A DNA stretch of 64,000 bases from Candidatus Micrarchaeota archaeon (GCA_037444485.1 JBBIMI010000003.1:1461-65460); one strand, 5' to 3'; counted from the stretch's first letter, positions 26,791 to 36,905 are shown. The notes: a model not told the origin generated them from the sequence alone. Program-made: numbers and translations.

Positions 26791-27327
26791 ACCACCGAAA
26801 ACTATTTAGTTTAAACTATTTAATTTAGCATGATTCATAGTTTACAGCGCGGTTTGCGGTGATCGCTTGCATTAACTCGTCACGCAACACTCGTCTTGTT
26901 TGCGGTTAAAGTGCTTCTACAGTACTTCGCTGGCTTTCAACTATTTTCAACTGCGTTGGAAAGCAAGTAACTGAAATAATTGAAACTCCCGCAAACATTT
27001 TCAAGAGACTTTACGCAATTGCTTACGCGTGCAGACAATTCTTTGCTAGCGCAAGCGAAGCAAAACAAGTTTATTCAAAACACGCCATCCGACACGGAAT
27101 AGGATGCGGAACAAAAGCGCAGAACGTGGGCGTAAACGAATCGGTGAAATAAAGTTGTTTAAGCAGACACTCGAAGTAGAGACAATGAAAGACTGAATTA
27201 AGGCTCTCGAGGAGGCGAGGACGTAGGAGGAAGCGAGGACCTACGAGAAGGCTAAAACCTACTCGGTTTAGGAGACGGTAGAGAGGGAAACGGCATGGAA
27301 GGCTTTGAAGATGGGGGAGGGAACAAG

Positions 27328-27591
27328 TCACCCGGTTACGCACGTCGAGCCGTCAGCGCTGCACGTGGCGCCTGGAGGGCAAACGTCGTCAGGACAAGAA
27401 GAACAATTAAAGTAACCTGGCTCGAGGCACTTCGTCAAATTACTGATTTGCTGTGATTTGTTCGCGATTTCTTTTTCTTGTGGTGCGAAAATATTGCTTC
27501 GCAACAGCAAAATTATTAGGATTACTAAAAGAATTCCGGTGCTGATCAACACCAAGTACTCGAAAACCGCTTGACCTCTTCGCTCACGCAT
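27328..27591 (-). CDS. archaeal type IV pilin with class III signal peptide
   Basis: MRERRGQ|AVFEYLVLISTGILLVILIILLL: short basic leader, RG-Q cleavage motif, hydrophobic stretch; Cys-rich C-terminal domain. Confidence 0.6.
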   Translation of the reverse strand: MRERRGQAVFEYLVLISTGILLVILIILLLRSNIFAPQEKEIANKSQQISNLTKCLEPGYFNCSSCPDDVCPPGATCSADGSTCVTG

Positions 27592-27601
27592 CTCGCATTC
27601 C

Positions 27602-27742
27602 TCAACGCAGGATTTGTGTTTTAATAATGTAAGTAATCAAAGCAACGAATGCGACCATCGCTGCAATGAGAAGCAAGTACTCGACTGCCGTCTGCCCGCG
27701 TTTTGCTGTCTGCGCGTGTTCCCTTCCAAGTTTACTTTCCAT
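27602..27742 (-). CDS. minimal archaeal type IV pilin with class III signal peptide (start at M23 of ORF-track call; alternative start 27808)
   Basis: ...AKRGQ|TAVEYLLLIAAMVAFVALITYII; choosing 27742 start removes overlap with upstream tadC-like gene. Confidence 0.5.
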   Translation of the reverse strand: MESKLGREHAQTAKRGQTAVEYLLLIAAMVAFVALITYIIKTQILR

Positions 27743-27762
27743 TCTATTTTTTTCGTTTTTTT

Positions 27763-28665
27763 TCAGCATACCAGCATCTTGCCTCCAACAATCAAAAAAC
27801 TGAGCCACTTCCCGATTTCGTAAACGAGAAGCGTTCCTAAAACCATTAACGGGGCGTACAATATATATTTTATTGCTTTACCATCGCGAATGATTCCAAG
27901 CGCGACCGCTGTTACAATGCTTTGAAAGATTAGGAAAAGCACGAGCAAGAGGTTCAAGTCACACAAGTTGCGCGTTGGTGCTTGCGGAAGCGCACCAGCA
28001 ATGCCTTGATTAATGTAATTAACTATGCTTACAGTAAAACCAAAGATGAAGGGCGCGAGCAACAGCGAAGAAGTAATCAGGAAAATTACGTGCATTGTAG
28101 TGCGCGAGTAACGCTCGCGCTTGATGCGTGAAACGTCGCGCGCGTCTTCAGCTATTTCAGTCAACACGTCAGCGACTCCGGCGCCAGCGCGCCGCGCGTC
28201 GACGACGATGAGTGCAGCGCGTTGAAAAAGCACCGAGCCGGTGATTTTAGCTGTTTCAGCGAAAACGTCGTCAAACGCTTTTCCTTCACGTAGTTTCTTG
28301 AACGCGATTTTTAGTTCCTCGCTCAAAGGCCCGTAACCTGCTGCCGAAACTTCGGATACTGCAGCTTCGGTGGTGCCGCCGGCTTTAAGCACGAGCGCCA
28401 TGTGCTTCAACGCGTCAGGCAGGCTTTCCTCAATTTGAGTAATGCGCGTGTTCCTCGCATTCACCGGAATCGCGATTACTAAACTCATTACTGCGACGAA
28501 CGCCGCGATTGCTGTGACTAGGTTAAGTCGTAATAGCAACAAAACTGCGGTTAATACTAGAGCTATCACGAAAAACAAGGCGATGAACGCCTTGAATGAA
28601 AGACGGATGCCGGTCCCGGCATAGTATAATTCCAGGTTTTCCACGTATTCCCGTAATGAAACCAA
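27763..28665 (-). CDS. type II secretion system F-domain membrane protein (TadC/FlaJ-like pilus platform protein)
   Basis: 300 aa polytopic protein with cytoplasmic helical domain between TM blocks, adjacent to pilins and secretion ATPase. Confidence 0.65.
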   Translation of the reverse strand: MVSLREYVENLELYYAGTGIRLSFKAFIALFFVIALVLTAVLLLLRLNLVTAIAAFVAVMSLVIAIPVNARNTRITQIEESLPDALKHMALVLKAGGTTEAAVSEVSAAGYGPLSEELKIAFKKLREGKAFDDVFAETAKITGSVLFQRAALIVVDARRAGAGVADVLTEIAEDARDVSRIKRERYSRTTMHVIFLITSSLLLAPFIFGFTVSIVNYINQGIAGALPQAPTRNLCDLNLLLVLFLIFQSIVTAVALGIIRDGKAIKYILYAPLMVLGTLLVYEIGKWLSFLIVGGKMLVC

Positions 28666-28716
28666 AAAAATTATTCACCGTCTTGCCATATTCACTGCCT
28701 TACCATATTCACTGCC

Positions 28717-29826
28717 TTACCAAGCTGCTGGCTCCATCTGCTTCGTAATGTATAGTATTATCACCATTCCGAATGCGATTCCGCCGAACGCCAAATAAAT
28801 AAAGTACGCCGGCAAGCCGGCTGCGAATAACGGAATCTGGAGAATTGCTGAAATGATTGTTGCCGCTACTGGCGCGACCACCGCAACCATTATGAAGAGA
28901 ATGTTCACGAAATTCAGTTTTTCCGTAAAATCGCGGATTTTCATGCGTGTTTCGAAACTAACGTCTTGCGCGATGTCGTTAATAATGTCACTCAAACTCC
29001 CGCCAGTCTTAATGGAACGCACGATTTGCGTTACAGCTCGCTTCAAGCTCTTCGAACGCGTCCTGCGCGCCAAACGCGTTAACGCTTCCTCGGTGCTTAA
29101 ACCCCGTTCTAAATCGCTTAAAAGTTTCTCGAACTCGTAACTCAACACTCCGTAACCAGCGCCAGCAACTGAAACAATTGCCTTGTGGAACGTTACTCCA
29201 GCGCGCACTTGAGTAGAAATCTGTCGCAACGCGAACGGCAGCGCGCGGTCAATCTTTAACGCCCTCGAGTTCGCTTTCGCAACAAGCAAGAAAAACGACG
29301 AAAACGCGACGAAAAACAAGACGATGAATGCCGCGAGCGGCGCAAGCGCTGCAAAAAGCGAGTCGTTCAACGCGAGCGCTAGAGCGCCGAACGCGATGAA
29401 AACCATTATTCCCGCGAGGAACGCAGTCGCACTTGACGCGATGAGGAAAGCTTCAACACTCATGTTTACGCCCGCGCTTTCAAGCAAGTCCCTCAACTCG
29501 CGTGACGCCGGCATCTTCGACAAGAAAACAGCTAACGCATCAATGGGGGCGTGCAGCAACGCGTAAAAACCGCGCATGAACGCAGGCAGTCCAGTAAGCT
29601 GCTTGCTGGATTCGAATGCTTTTTCGCTTTCCGCAGCGCCAGCTTCACGTTTTCGAAAAACTAGTGTTTCAGTCTTTAACTGTGGTGCGACTGCAGGCGT
29701 CCTGCTTTTAAGTCTCGACACTATTTCAGAAACCTTTATTTGAGGCGCTTCTTCTTCAAAGCTTTTCTTTTTTTCAATGAATTCCTTGATTTTCTTTAAG
29801 CGGTCCAGTTTCTCTTTCTCAGGCAA
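28717..29826 (-). CDS. type II secretion system F-domain membrane protein (TadB/TadC/FlaJ-like), second copy
   Basis: 369 aa; ...SLKRAVTQIVRSIKTGGSLSDIINDIA... typical T2SSF cytoplasmic domain; TM blocks. Confidence 0.65.
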   Translation of the reverse strand: MPEKEKLDRLKKIKEFIEKKKSFEEEAPQIKVSEIVSRLKSRTPAVAPQLKTETLVFRKREAGAAESEKAFESSKQLTGLPAFMRGFYALLHAPIDALAVFLSKMPASRELRDLLESAGVNMSVEAFLIASSATAFLAGIMVFIAFGALALALNDSLFAALAPLAAFIVLFFVAFSSFFLLVAKANSRALKIDRALPFALRQISTQVRAGVTFHKAIVSVAGAGYGVLSYEFEKLLSDLERGLSTEEALTRLARRTRSKSLKRAVTQIVRSIKTGGSLSDIINDIAQDVSFETRMKIRDFTEKLNFVNILFIMVAVVAPVAATIISAILQIPLFAAGLPAYFIYLAFGGIAFGMVIILYITKQMEPAAW

Positions 29827-29891
29827 CCATCACACCTTCATCAAGCACTTACCTCAAAAACATTCAACCTTAAACACTTTCAACGCTTGCC

Positions 29892-31460
29892 TTAAATCAA
29901 ATCCATTCGTTTTTTTGTGATGTAGTATTGAGTCGTTTCGCATACTTCTGTTTGAGTGGTGACGCCCCGCGCATTCAAATCACGCAAGATTTTCTCGCGT
30001 TCGAGGCGTTCTTTCTCTAACTCGTTTTCATCCAATCCAGTATACTTTTTGAGGTTCTGCCAAAAAACGCTTTTCACGCCAGTCGCGAAAAACTCGTCTT
30101 TCACTGGGTCCCACGCGTATAGAACCTGCAAGTTCGGCTTTCCGTCCTCTAAGCCAGTGAGTTCAGCTAGTTCAGTAACCCTGCGGATTGTCCCAAAACG
30201 CCTGTCGTGAACGCGGTTTTGCATTAAAATAAAGTTGAGTGGCGCGAGCATCACGTTTGGAACGTTTATTGGCGGGTTACTCAAGCGGATGAGGGTCTCT
30301 TGCGCTGAGTTCGCGTGCACCGTGCCCATAGCGCCGCGGTGGCCAATATTCATCGCGCTGAACAACGTATAACCTTCAGCGCCCCTGATTTCGCCTACTA
30401 TCACGCGGTCTGGCCGCATCCTCAACGCGTTCTTGAGCAACATATTCAAATCGATTTCTCCTGTTCCCTCAGGCGAAGGCGGACGCGCTTCGCAGCGAAT
30501 CCAGTGTTCGAGTGGCAGGTTCAATTCCGCGGTTTCTTCAATTGTGAGAACGCGTTCGCTGTTAGGCACGAAAGAACACAAGACGTTCAAGCTCGACGTT
30601 TTTCCGCTTGCAGTGCCGCCCGCAATCAAGATGTTTGCAGGCAATGCGCCGAGTCCGTCGACAGCCATCCACAAGAAGGAAGCGATTTCGTAATTCAGTG
30701 TCTTAAAGTTAATTAAATCTATCACGCTTAAGGGCGCGCGGCGGAACTTACGCAGCGTGAGCGTCGGGCCGTCTATAGTCGCGGGCGGCAGCGTAGCGTT
30801 AACGCGAGTGCCGTCCTTGAGTCTCGCATCCATTAACGGGCTCTGCACGTCAATCCGCCTACCGATGCCTCTCGCGATTCTGTCAATCAAGTCAACGATG
30901 TCTTTTTCTTCGTAAAAAACGACGTTTGTCTTCATCATGTCGTACTTCCTGTGAAAAACGTAGACAGGCTTGTTTGGGCCTACAACCATTATTTCTTCTA
31001 AACTGTCGTCTTGCACGAGTGGGTCAACGATCCCGTACCCAACCATTTCACGCACTACCGCCTCAGCGTAAAACTGCTTCAAGTGAGTCGGCACATTCAA
31101 CTCCGGCGTCGAGTTAATTATTTCCAGAACGCGTTGCAAGTACTTCCGCCTCGCTTCCTCAGGCGTTAAACCAAGCATTGTTTCCGGCGGAATCACGCCA
31201 ATCGCGATGTCGATGAGCGCGGTGATAAGCTGTTTTTCGCCGCCCCTATAGTGCGGAGTCGGAATCTCGTAAAGCAACAACGGCTCGCCGAGTTTCTTGT
31301 AAATGCGTACTTCGCCGTAAGACTCAACTAGAATCTTTTTGCCTTCTTCACCGCGCGGTGGAGTAGGCGGCAAAGGCGTGATTGGACTCGGCGCAAGCGC
31401 TGTTGACGCCATTCTCTTTTTTTCTTTAGCTTCCTTCAACAACTCTTCCAAGTAAGACAT
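29892..31460 (-). CDS. type II/IV secretion system ATPase (FlaI/TadA/VirB11 family)
   Basis: Walker A AGGTASGKTS, Asp box/Walker B RPDRVIVGEIRGAEG, His box; 522 aa. Confidence 0.85.
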   Translation of the reverse strand: MSYLEELLKEAKEKKRMASTALAPSPITPLPPTPPRGEEGKKILVESYGEVRIYKKLGEPLLLYEIPTPHYRGGEKQLITALIDIAIGVIPPETMLGLTPEEARRKYLQRVLEIINSTPELNVPTHLKQFYAEAVVREMVGYGIVDPLVQDDSLEEIMVVGPNKPVYVFHRKYDMMKTNVVFYEEKDIVDLIDRIARGIGRRIDVQSPLMDARLKDGTRVNATLPPATIDGPTLTLRKFRRAPLSVIDLINFKTLNYEIASFLWMAVDGLGALPANILIAGGTASGKTSSLNVLCSFVPNSERVLTIEETAELNLPLEHWIRCEARPPSPEGTGEIDLNMLLKNALRMRPDRVIVGEIRGAEGYTLFSAMNIGHRGAMGTVHANSAQETLIRLSNPPINVPNVMLAPLNFILMQNRVHDRRFGTIRRVTELAELTGLEDGKPNLQVLYAWDPVKDEFFATGVKSVFWQNLKKYTGLDENELEKERLEREKILRDLNARGVTTQTEVCETTQYYITKKRMDLI

Positions 31461-31540
31461 AAAAAAAGCTACGCTGACGCGATTAATAAAAGTTTATTTA
31501 CGATTCGCAAAACAGATTCAACGCGCTCGACAACGAACCT

Positions 31541-31650
31541 ACGCCAACAACAAAACAAAACAAAAAAAACAAAACAAACAACGAAACAAAACAAAACAAA
31601 ACAAACAACGAAACAAAACAAACAACGAAAAAACAATGAACCCGAGAGAT
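31541..31650 (+). repeat. CA-rich low-complexity tract (caaaacaaaacaaacaacgaaa units) ending with cccgagagattcgacaa
   Basis: read directly upstream of secretion ATPase gene start; shares terminal motif with 9990-10040 tract. Confidence 0.7.
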
Positions 31651-31710
31651 TCGACAATTGAATTAAATAGACTCAATGGACTGAGTGAATTCAAGTGCTA
31701 GTTGATTCAC

Positions 31711-32763
31711 TTAACTTGAAACTGCGAGCGTGACGGGAATCCGAAACGTCTTGCAGGGCGTCACTATAGTCAACTGTCCGACGAGCGATTCGCTTACTGA
31801 CTCCGGCACATTGATTGACAACGCCAAAAAGTTTTTCTCGCCCGGCTTGATTGGCGACTCGTCCTCGAAACGCGCTTGCCCGATTGCAGCAATGTCTCCG
31901 GCGAGCGAAACGTCGGCATTAGAAATCGCGACTTCCCCCGCTTTTCCAGCGTTTTCGAAAGAAATAATTTCCTTGAACGACTCTCCGCGCTTAACGCTTG
32001 CGGAAATGCTTTCAGGCGAAACACGCAAGTCAGGCGGCGTGACTGCGCTTGCAGCTAGTGGAACGCTCTTGCGCGTGAACTTTATGCGCGCGCTCCCAGT
32101 TTTCTGACCGACTTCACCTTGCGGGAATAAGACTGTCGCCTCAACTGTTTCACGCGCGCTTGACTCTATAATCGTTTTCTTTGACGCGAGGGTTTTGAAA
32201 GCGCCTTCGCCGACGAGCTCGACTTCAACTGCGTTGACGCCGTTGTTGACTACGTCGAAAAAAAGTTTTTGCGGGCACGAGGCTGGAATCACTTGCGGCG
32301 CGCTTTTGACGCTCAAGTCGACGTCGAGGTTGCGCTCTAATTCCAGCGTCCTGCTCGCTTCCTCGCCCGACTCTAGGAAAACGGAATCTATTTTTTTCTT
32401 GAAGGCGTCTCCAGCGTCGACTTCAATGCTTAAGCTCGCTTTCGACGGCAAGCTTGAAAAAACCACTATGCCGGCCTCGTTAGAGTAATCAGTGTTGATT
32501 AAAGAACCGTCTGGCGCGAGCACCGAAACTTGCGCGCCTGCAACAGCGTTTCCGGAATCGAGTTCACGCAACGAGAGCGAGAGCGACGCAGGCCTTGGAA
32601 TAAGAAAAAAGAGCGCAAGAATGATTGCGATTACTGCTGTGGCCACGCCTATTTTCAGTAAACCAATTTTTTTTACTGCCGGCTTTACAGCTTCAATTAA
32701 CGCAGTAAAGCGGTCTCTAACATCGTTTAAAACCGACGGTTTTTCGAAGTATTCCTCTTCCAT
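31711..32763 (-). CDS. membrane-anchored hypothetical protein with large extracytoplasmic domain (pilus-locus associated)
   Basis: 350 aa; single N-proximal TM (IGVATAVIAIILALFFLI), Ser/Val-rich beta-rich remainder; heads the pilus gene cluster. Confidence 0.5.
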   Translation of the reverse strand: MEEEYFEKPSVLNDVRDRFTALIEAVKPAVKKIGLLKIGVATAVIAIILALFFLIPRPASLSLSLRELDSGNAVAGAQVSVLAPDGSLINTDYSNEAGIVVFSSLPSKASLSIEVDAGDAFKKKIDSVFLESGEEASRTLELERNLDVDLSVKSAPQVIPASCPQKLFFDVVNNGVNAVEVELVGEGAFKTLASKKTIIESSARETVEATVLFPQGEVGQKTGSARIKFTRKSVPLAASAVTPPDLRVSPESISASVKRGESFKEIISFENAGKAGEVAISNADVSLAGDIAAIGQARFEDESPIKPGEKNFLALSINVPESVSESLVGQLTIVTPCKTFRIPVTLAVSS

Positions 32764-32948
32764 CCCAAAAAACCTTTTGAAAACCTTTTGTTGCCGAAAA
32801 ATAAAGGTTGTTAAAAAAAAATAAGGTTGCGCGCGCTTAAAAAACCGTTCTTTTTCTTCAGCCTTTAATCCCCGTTTATCCCACTCGTCCCCGTTTTTCT
32901 TGTTCTCCTTATTTTTTCTTCAAGAATTTTTTTCAATTTTTTCTCCAA

Positions 32949-34823
32949 TCAAGTTTTTTCTTCAAGAATTTTTTTTAATTCTTCAGCATCCACCCGCAGC
33001 CTGTGCTCGCGCATTACTAGTTCGAACGCGTTCGGCTTGCCGCGAAAGCCGGCTGCCAAAGCCTCCAACGCTCGTCCTGAAACGCGCCGCAAGTTTTTCT
33101 CTGCAATCACTTTCTCCACGCTCTCGCTGGGCGCAAAGCAAAGCGCTTTCAATAGTTCAGGGACAGCCGCGCGCGTGATTTCGCCTGACGCGAAAGCGTC
33201 GAAAACGCTTTTCAAAACATTTTCGTCGAGCGCGCGCGTGCCGCAACCTCCGCGTTTGAGCGCGACGAGCGTTTCCAAGAGCGTGAATGCGATGAACCGC
33301 GCGTTTTTTTCTCCTGCGCGCGTGCCTGCAACGAGTTTTTCGAACAACTGTTTTTGCGGTGACGCCAGCATTCTATTGGCGAGTTCAAAATTTAATCCCA
33401 ACTTTAACAACCGCTTCCGCTCGTCCGCTAAGGAAACTGTTTTTATTTCAGAAAAAAGTTTTTTGTCAACGCGCGTCGGCACAACGTCGGTCTCAGGATA
33501 CATTCGCGCCGCGCCTGGCAGCGGACGCATGAAAACGCTTGCTTCACCTTCCGCGCGCCGAGTTTCCTCGGGAACACGTTCACGCAACAATCTCGCGCGC
33601 GACAACACAGCGTTCAACGCGGTTACAGCAACGCGTTTTTCGCCTGCGACGAGCGCCCACGCGTCGCCGGCAGTGCAGGCGGTGGCTTGCGAGACGAGCG
33701 CGTACTCGCGCGAGAGCGCGTACTTCGCTGGGTCTTCGTCGCTGTGAATCAAGCCGCGCGTTCCACTAGCTGCTCGCGCGTAGTCGGCGAGTTCGCTGCC
33801 AAGCGTTTTTCCAGGAAAAAGCTCTCGTTCAAGCAACCCGTGTAGTCCGTCTAAGCGAACCGCGAGGACGACGCCGCCTCGTGAAATTGTTTGTTTTAAA
33901 AACTTGTTTTCAGTCTTCGCGAAAACTCGAGTGACGTCAACAATTTTTTTTTCAGCGTTTTTTCCAGCGAACGCGGGCTTGCGTGACAACTGCTTGCACA
34001 ACTCTAATAGTGAAAGCTGGCGGCGCACTTCGTTCTCAATTATTTTCGGAATGTTTTTTAGTTCTTGAACACCTTTGATTTCGACGCGCGCGCCTTGAGC
34101 GATGGAAACATTCAAGTCTTGGCGTATAGAGCCAATGCCGCGCTGCATTCCACCCGTGTTGCGTAACACGAGGCCGATTGTTTCAGCTGTTTCGCGCGCG
34201 TGCTCACCATCTTGAAGAGAAGCGTCCGTAGCGATTTCCACGAGCGGGATTCCTTGGCGGTCGAGACGGTACACGACTTCACCTTCACGTTGTTCTACTA
34301 TTCCAGCGCTTTCTTCTTCAAGAGAAATCGTTTGCACGCCAACCTGGCCGCGCGTTGTTTCAATAAAACCGTTCACTCCGACGAGCGCTGTTCGCTGAAA
34401 ACCGCTGACTGCACTCCCGTCAACTATGGTTTTACGCATTACGTGAATCTCGTCTACTGGAGTCGCGTTAAGCGCTTTAGTCACGGTGAGCGCAACTGCA
34501 AGCGCTTGAGCGTTTAAAGAGTGCGGTGGTTCTTCGTCTAACTCGACCAGACAACTCGAGTCTCGGGGCGCTAGGTAGACGAACCTCGTTTTTTTCCCAG
34601 CTTCGAAAGCTGCGGCCGGGTCTACAGCGCCGAGTTCGCCGACGACCGGGCGCAGGAAACGCGTGACGCGAACGCACTCGCGCTCGTTTAACTCGTTCAT
34701 CCACTCTTCATGCTCGCCTGCAGTTTCGCTGGGATTCGCGTAACAGCCGCAGAAGAGTTTTTTCGAGTCGATGCGTTGATGGATTTCTATGCCTGCCTTG
34801 AAGCCGAAGCGAGAGTAGTCCAT
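32949..34823 (-). CDS. gatE: glutamyl-tRNA(Gln) amidotransferase subunit E
   Basis: 624 aa; MDYSRFGFKAGIEIHQRI...CGC N-terminus and overall GatE architecture. Confidence 0.9.
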   Translation of the reverse strand: MDYSRFGFKAGIEIHQRIDSKKLFCGCYANPSETAGEHEEWMNELNERECVRVTRFLRPVVGELGAVDPAAAFEAGKKTRFVYLAPRDSSCLVELDEEPPHSLNAQALAVALTVTKALNATPVDEIHVMRKTIVDGSAVSGFQRTALVGVNGFIETTRGQVGVQTISLEEESAGIVEQREGEVVYRLDRQGIPLVEIATDASLQDGEHARETAETIGLVLRNTGGMQRGIGSIRQDLNVSIAQGARVEIKGVQELKNIPKIIENEVRRQLSLLELCKQLSRKPAFAGKNAEKKIVDVTRVFAKTENKFLKQTISRGGVVLAVRLDGLHGLLERELFPGKTLGSELADYARAASGTRGLIHSDEDPAKYALSREYALVSQATACTAGDAWALVAGEKRVAVTALNAVLSRARLLRERVPEETRRAEGEASVFMRPLPGAARMYPETDVVPTRVDKKLFSEIKTVSLADERKRLLKLGLNFELANRMLASPQKQLFEKLVAGTRAGEKNARFIAFTLLETLVALKRGGCGTRALDENVLKSVFDAFASGEITRAAVPELLKALCFAPSESVEKVIAEKNLRRVSGRALEALAAGFRGKPNAFELVMREHRLRVDAEELKKILEEKT

Positions 34824-34878
34824 GAAAGAAAATACGTTAAACTAGTTAATAACTTGTCGATTTAACTAGTCGATTCGC

Positions 34879-34918
34879 AAGGATTCTCAGGATTCTCGGG
34901 GATTGGCAGGGATTCGCG
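34879..34918 (+). promoter_or_regulatory. four tandem 10-bp repeats GGATT(C/G)(T/G)C between ftsY end and gatE start
   Basis: aaggattctcaggattctcggggattggcagggattcgcgag. Confidence 0.5.
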
Positions 34919-34920
34919 AG

Positions 34921-36237
34921 TCAAGCTGCTAGAACGTTGTCCACAAGCCATTCCGCGTTAAAGTCACGTAAGTCGGAATACTCTTGGCCAACACCAACGA
35001 AGAGCACTGGAAGTTTTGATTCGAAGGCGATGCTGAAAACCCCGCCGCCTTTCGCGTCGCAATCGAGTTTCGTGAGCACTATCGCGTCCACACCGACTTT
35101 CTCTTTGAAAGTCTTGACTTGTTCGACGAGCGCGTGTCCTGCGAGCGCTTCACCCACGAAAACCCGCAAGTCAGGCTTAATAACCCGATTCATTTTCTCC
35201 ATTTCCTTCACGAGGTTAAAATTCGTTTCCTGCCGTCCGGCAGTGTCAACGAGAACGACGTTCACGCCGTTCGCGCGCGCATGCGCTACTGCATCGAAAG
35301 CGACGGCAGTCGGGTCAGCGCCGTAAGCGTGCTTGACGACTTTCACGCCCAGCTTTTCACCGTGGTGTACTGCTTGCTCGATTGCCGCAGCGCGAAAACT
35401 ATCGCTCGCTGAAATCACGCTTGAAAAACCTTTTTCGCGCAAAAAAGCAACGATTTTCGCGATCGTTGTCGTCTTGCCTGAACCATTCGGTCCTAGAAAT
35501 AAAATTACGTAGGGCTCTCGCGAAACGCGTTTTCGCTTTATTTCTTCAACTAAATCTATTTTTTTTCGCGGAAACAAGTCCAGCAATGCGTTGCGCACTT
35601 CAGTTCGCACTTCGCTTGCAAGCGCGTTTTTCGCGATTCTTTTGCCAACGAGCCGTTTTTGTAAATCGCCGAGCAAGAATTGCGTTGCTTCGAATGAGAC
35701 GTCGCTTTCAAGCAGCGCTACTTCTAGGTCTTTGAGGAATGGTTGCACGTCGTTTTTTGAAATGTTGACTTCACTTGAAACCAGTGATTTGACGCGTGAA
35801 AGCAAGCTGAGTTTGGGTTTGAGTTCTTTTTTTTCTTCCCTAACTTCAAAATAATGTTTTTCTTTCTCTTTTTCGCGTTCCCCTCCACCCTCAAATTTTT
35901 TTCCTGCTTCCGCTTCAACGCGTTCAGCCTCCACGCGTTCGCCTGCCACGCATTCGCCTGCCACGCGTTCAGCTTCAGCGGCAACGGCTCGCGTTTCCAC
36001 CGTCTTGTCGCGCGCTGGTTCGCGCGCTACTACTTCGTGCGCGGCTTCGCGTGCTGCTTCGCGGCGCGCTTCTTCAAGAATTTCTTCTTCAACGCTTTTT
36101 CGCGTTTCCGCACCGTGTTTTGCTTCAAGTGGAGCGGCGGGAGTGGCTGGCGCTGCCTGCGTCGCTTCTTGTTTCTTGGCGACTATTCCGTCAATAAAAT
36201 TTTTCAACTTGTTTTTCAAAAGACCAAACATTTCCAC
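34921..36237 (-). CDS. ftsY: signal recognition particle receptor FtsY
   Basis: Acidic repeat-containing N-terminal A domain (ERVEAERVEAEA, EKEKEKH), NG domain with LGPNGSGKTTTIAK, VLVDTAGRQ, TKLD motifs; ends after G domain (no M domain). Confidence 0.9.
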   Translation of the reverse strand: MEMFGLLKNKLKNFIDGIVAKKQEATQAAPATPAAPLEAKHGAETRKSVEEEILEEARREAAREAAHEVVAREPARDKTVETRAVAAEAERVAGECVAGERVEAERVEAEAGKKFEGGGEREKEKEKHYFEVREEKKELKPKLSLLSRVKSLVSSEVNISKNDVQPFLKDLEVALLESDVSFEATQFLLGDLQKRLVGKRIAKNALASEVRTEVRNALLDLFPRKKIDLVEEIKRKRVSREPYVILFLGPNGSGKTTTIAKIVAFLREKGFSSVISASDSFRAAAIEQAVHHGEKLGVKVVKHAYGADPTAVAFDAVAHARANGVNVVLVDTAGRQETNFNLVKEMEKMNRVIKPDLRVFVGEALAGHALVEQVKTFKEKVGVDAIVLTKLDCDAKGGGVFSIAFESKLPVLFVGVGQEYSDLRDFNAEWLVDNVLAA

Positions 36238-36289
36238 TGCCTTTCGATGCTTAATAAAAAAAATTAATTACTAAAAATGAATTTGCTTG

Positions 36290-36470
36290 AATAAAAGAGC
36301 TTTGCCGAGAAAAAAGAATTGGGGAAAGAAATTAGGGAAAGAAATTCGAGGAAAAATAGATGCTAAAGGAAGAAATTAAGGAAAAGATTAGAAAGAAAAT
36401 TAAGGAAAAGAAAATTTGGGAATTAAGAAAAAAAATTCTATGAAAGAATTAAGAAAAAAATTCTAGGAAT
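36290..36470 (+). repeat. polypurine low-complexity tract (gaaa/ggaaa units)
   Basis: gaattggggaaagaaattagggaaagaaattcgaggaaaaatagatgctaaaggaagaaattaaggaaaag... between ftsY and pfdA. Confidence 0.7.
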
Positions 36471-36905
36471 TCAAGTGCCTTCTGTTGCTTCCGCACTCAA
36501 TTCGCTTGCTTTTTCGTTCAACTCGTCCAACCGCGTTGCGACGGACTCGAGGGAAACGCTGAGTTCACCGAATAACTGTTCGAGCTTCTTCCTGCGTTCT
36601 GTTAAAAGCGCTTTCGCCTCGCTCGCGCTTTTCTCTGCGCTTACCCTCGCGCCCACGTCCGCGAGCACGCTGTCGGTTTTTGCGAGTGTCGCGCGGGCGA
36701 AAACGCCGGCGCCCAGCGGGAAAAGTGTTTCACTGCCTTTCGATTGCTGGAGCGCCTCAAGCGCCTTTACAGCTTCCGCGTTTTCGTCTAAAAGCGTTTG
36801 CACGGAGTATAATTGTTTTTGGAGTTCGCTTGCTTGCGCGCGCAAGTAATTTATTTCGTAAACTGTTTTCTGCAGCATTTTGTGTCTTTCCTGGTCGGAA
36901 ACCAT
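36471..36905 (-). CDS. pfdA: prefoldin alpha subunit
   Basis: 144 aa coiled coil - beta hairpins (LFPLGAGVFARATLAKTDSVLADVGARVSAEKS) - coiled coil. Confidence 0.7.
   Translation of the reverse strand: MVSDQERHKMLQKTVYEINYLRAQASELQKQLYSVQTLLDENAEAVKALEALQQSKGSETLFPLGAGVFARATLAKTDSVLADVGARVSAEKSASEAKALLTERRKKLEQLFGELSVSLESVATRLDELNEKASELSAEATEGT

Noticed and set aside
27071-27343. 90-aa minus-strand ORF downstream of pilin
   Set aside because: No start context, Arg/Leu/Pro-rich from a purine-rich block on the opposite strand, overlaps pilin stop; treated as non-coding.
31469-31657. 62-aa minus-strand ORF rich in Phe/Cys/Val
   Set aside because: Translation of the CA/GT-rich low-complexity tract; not a gene.
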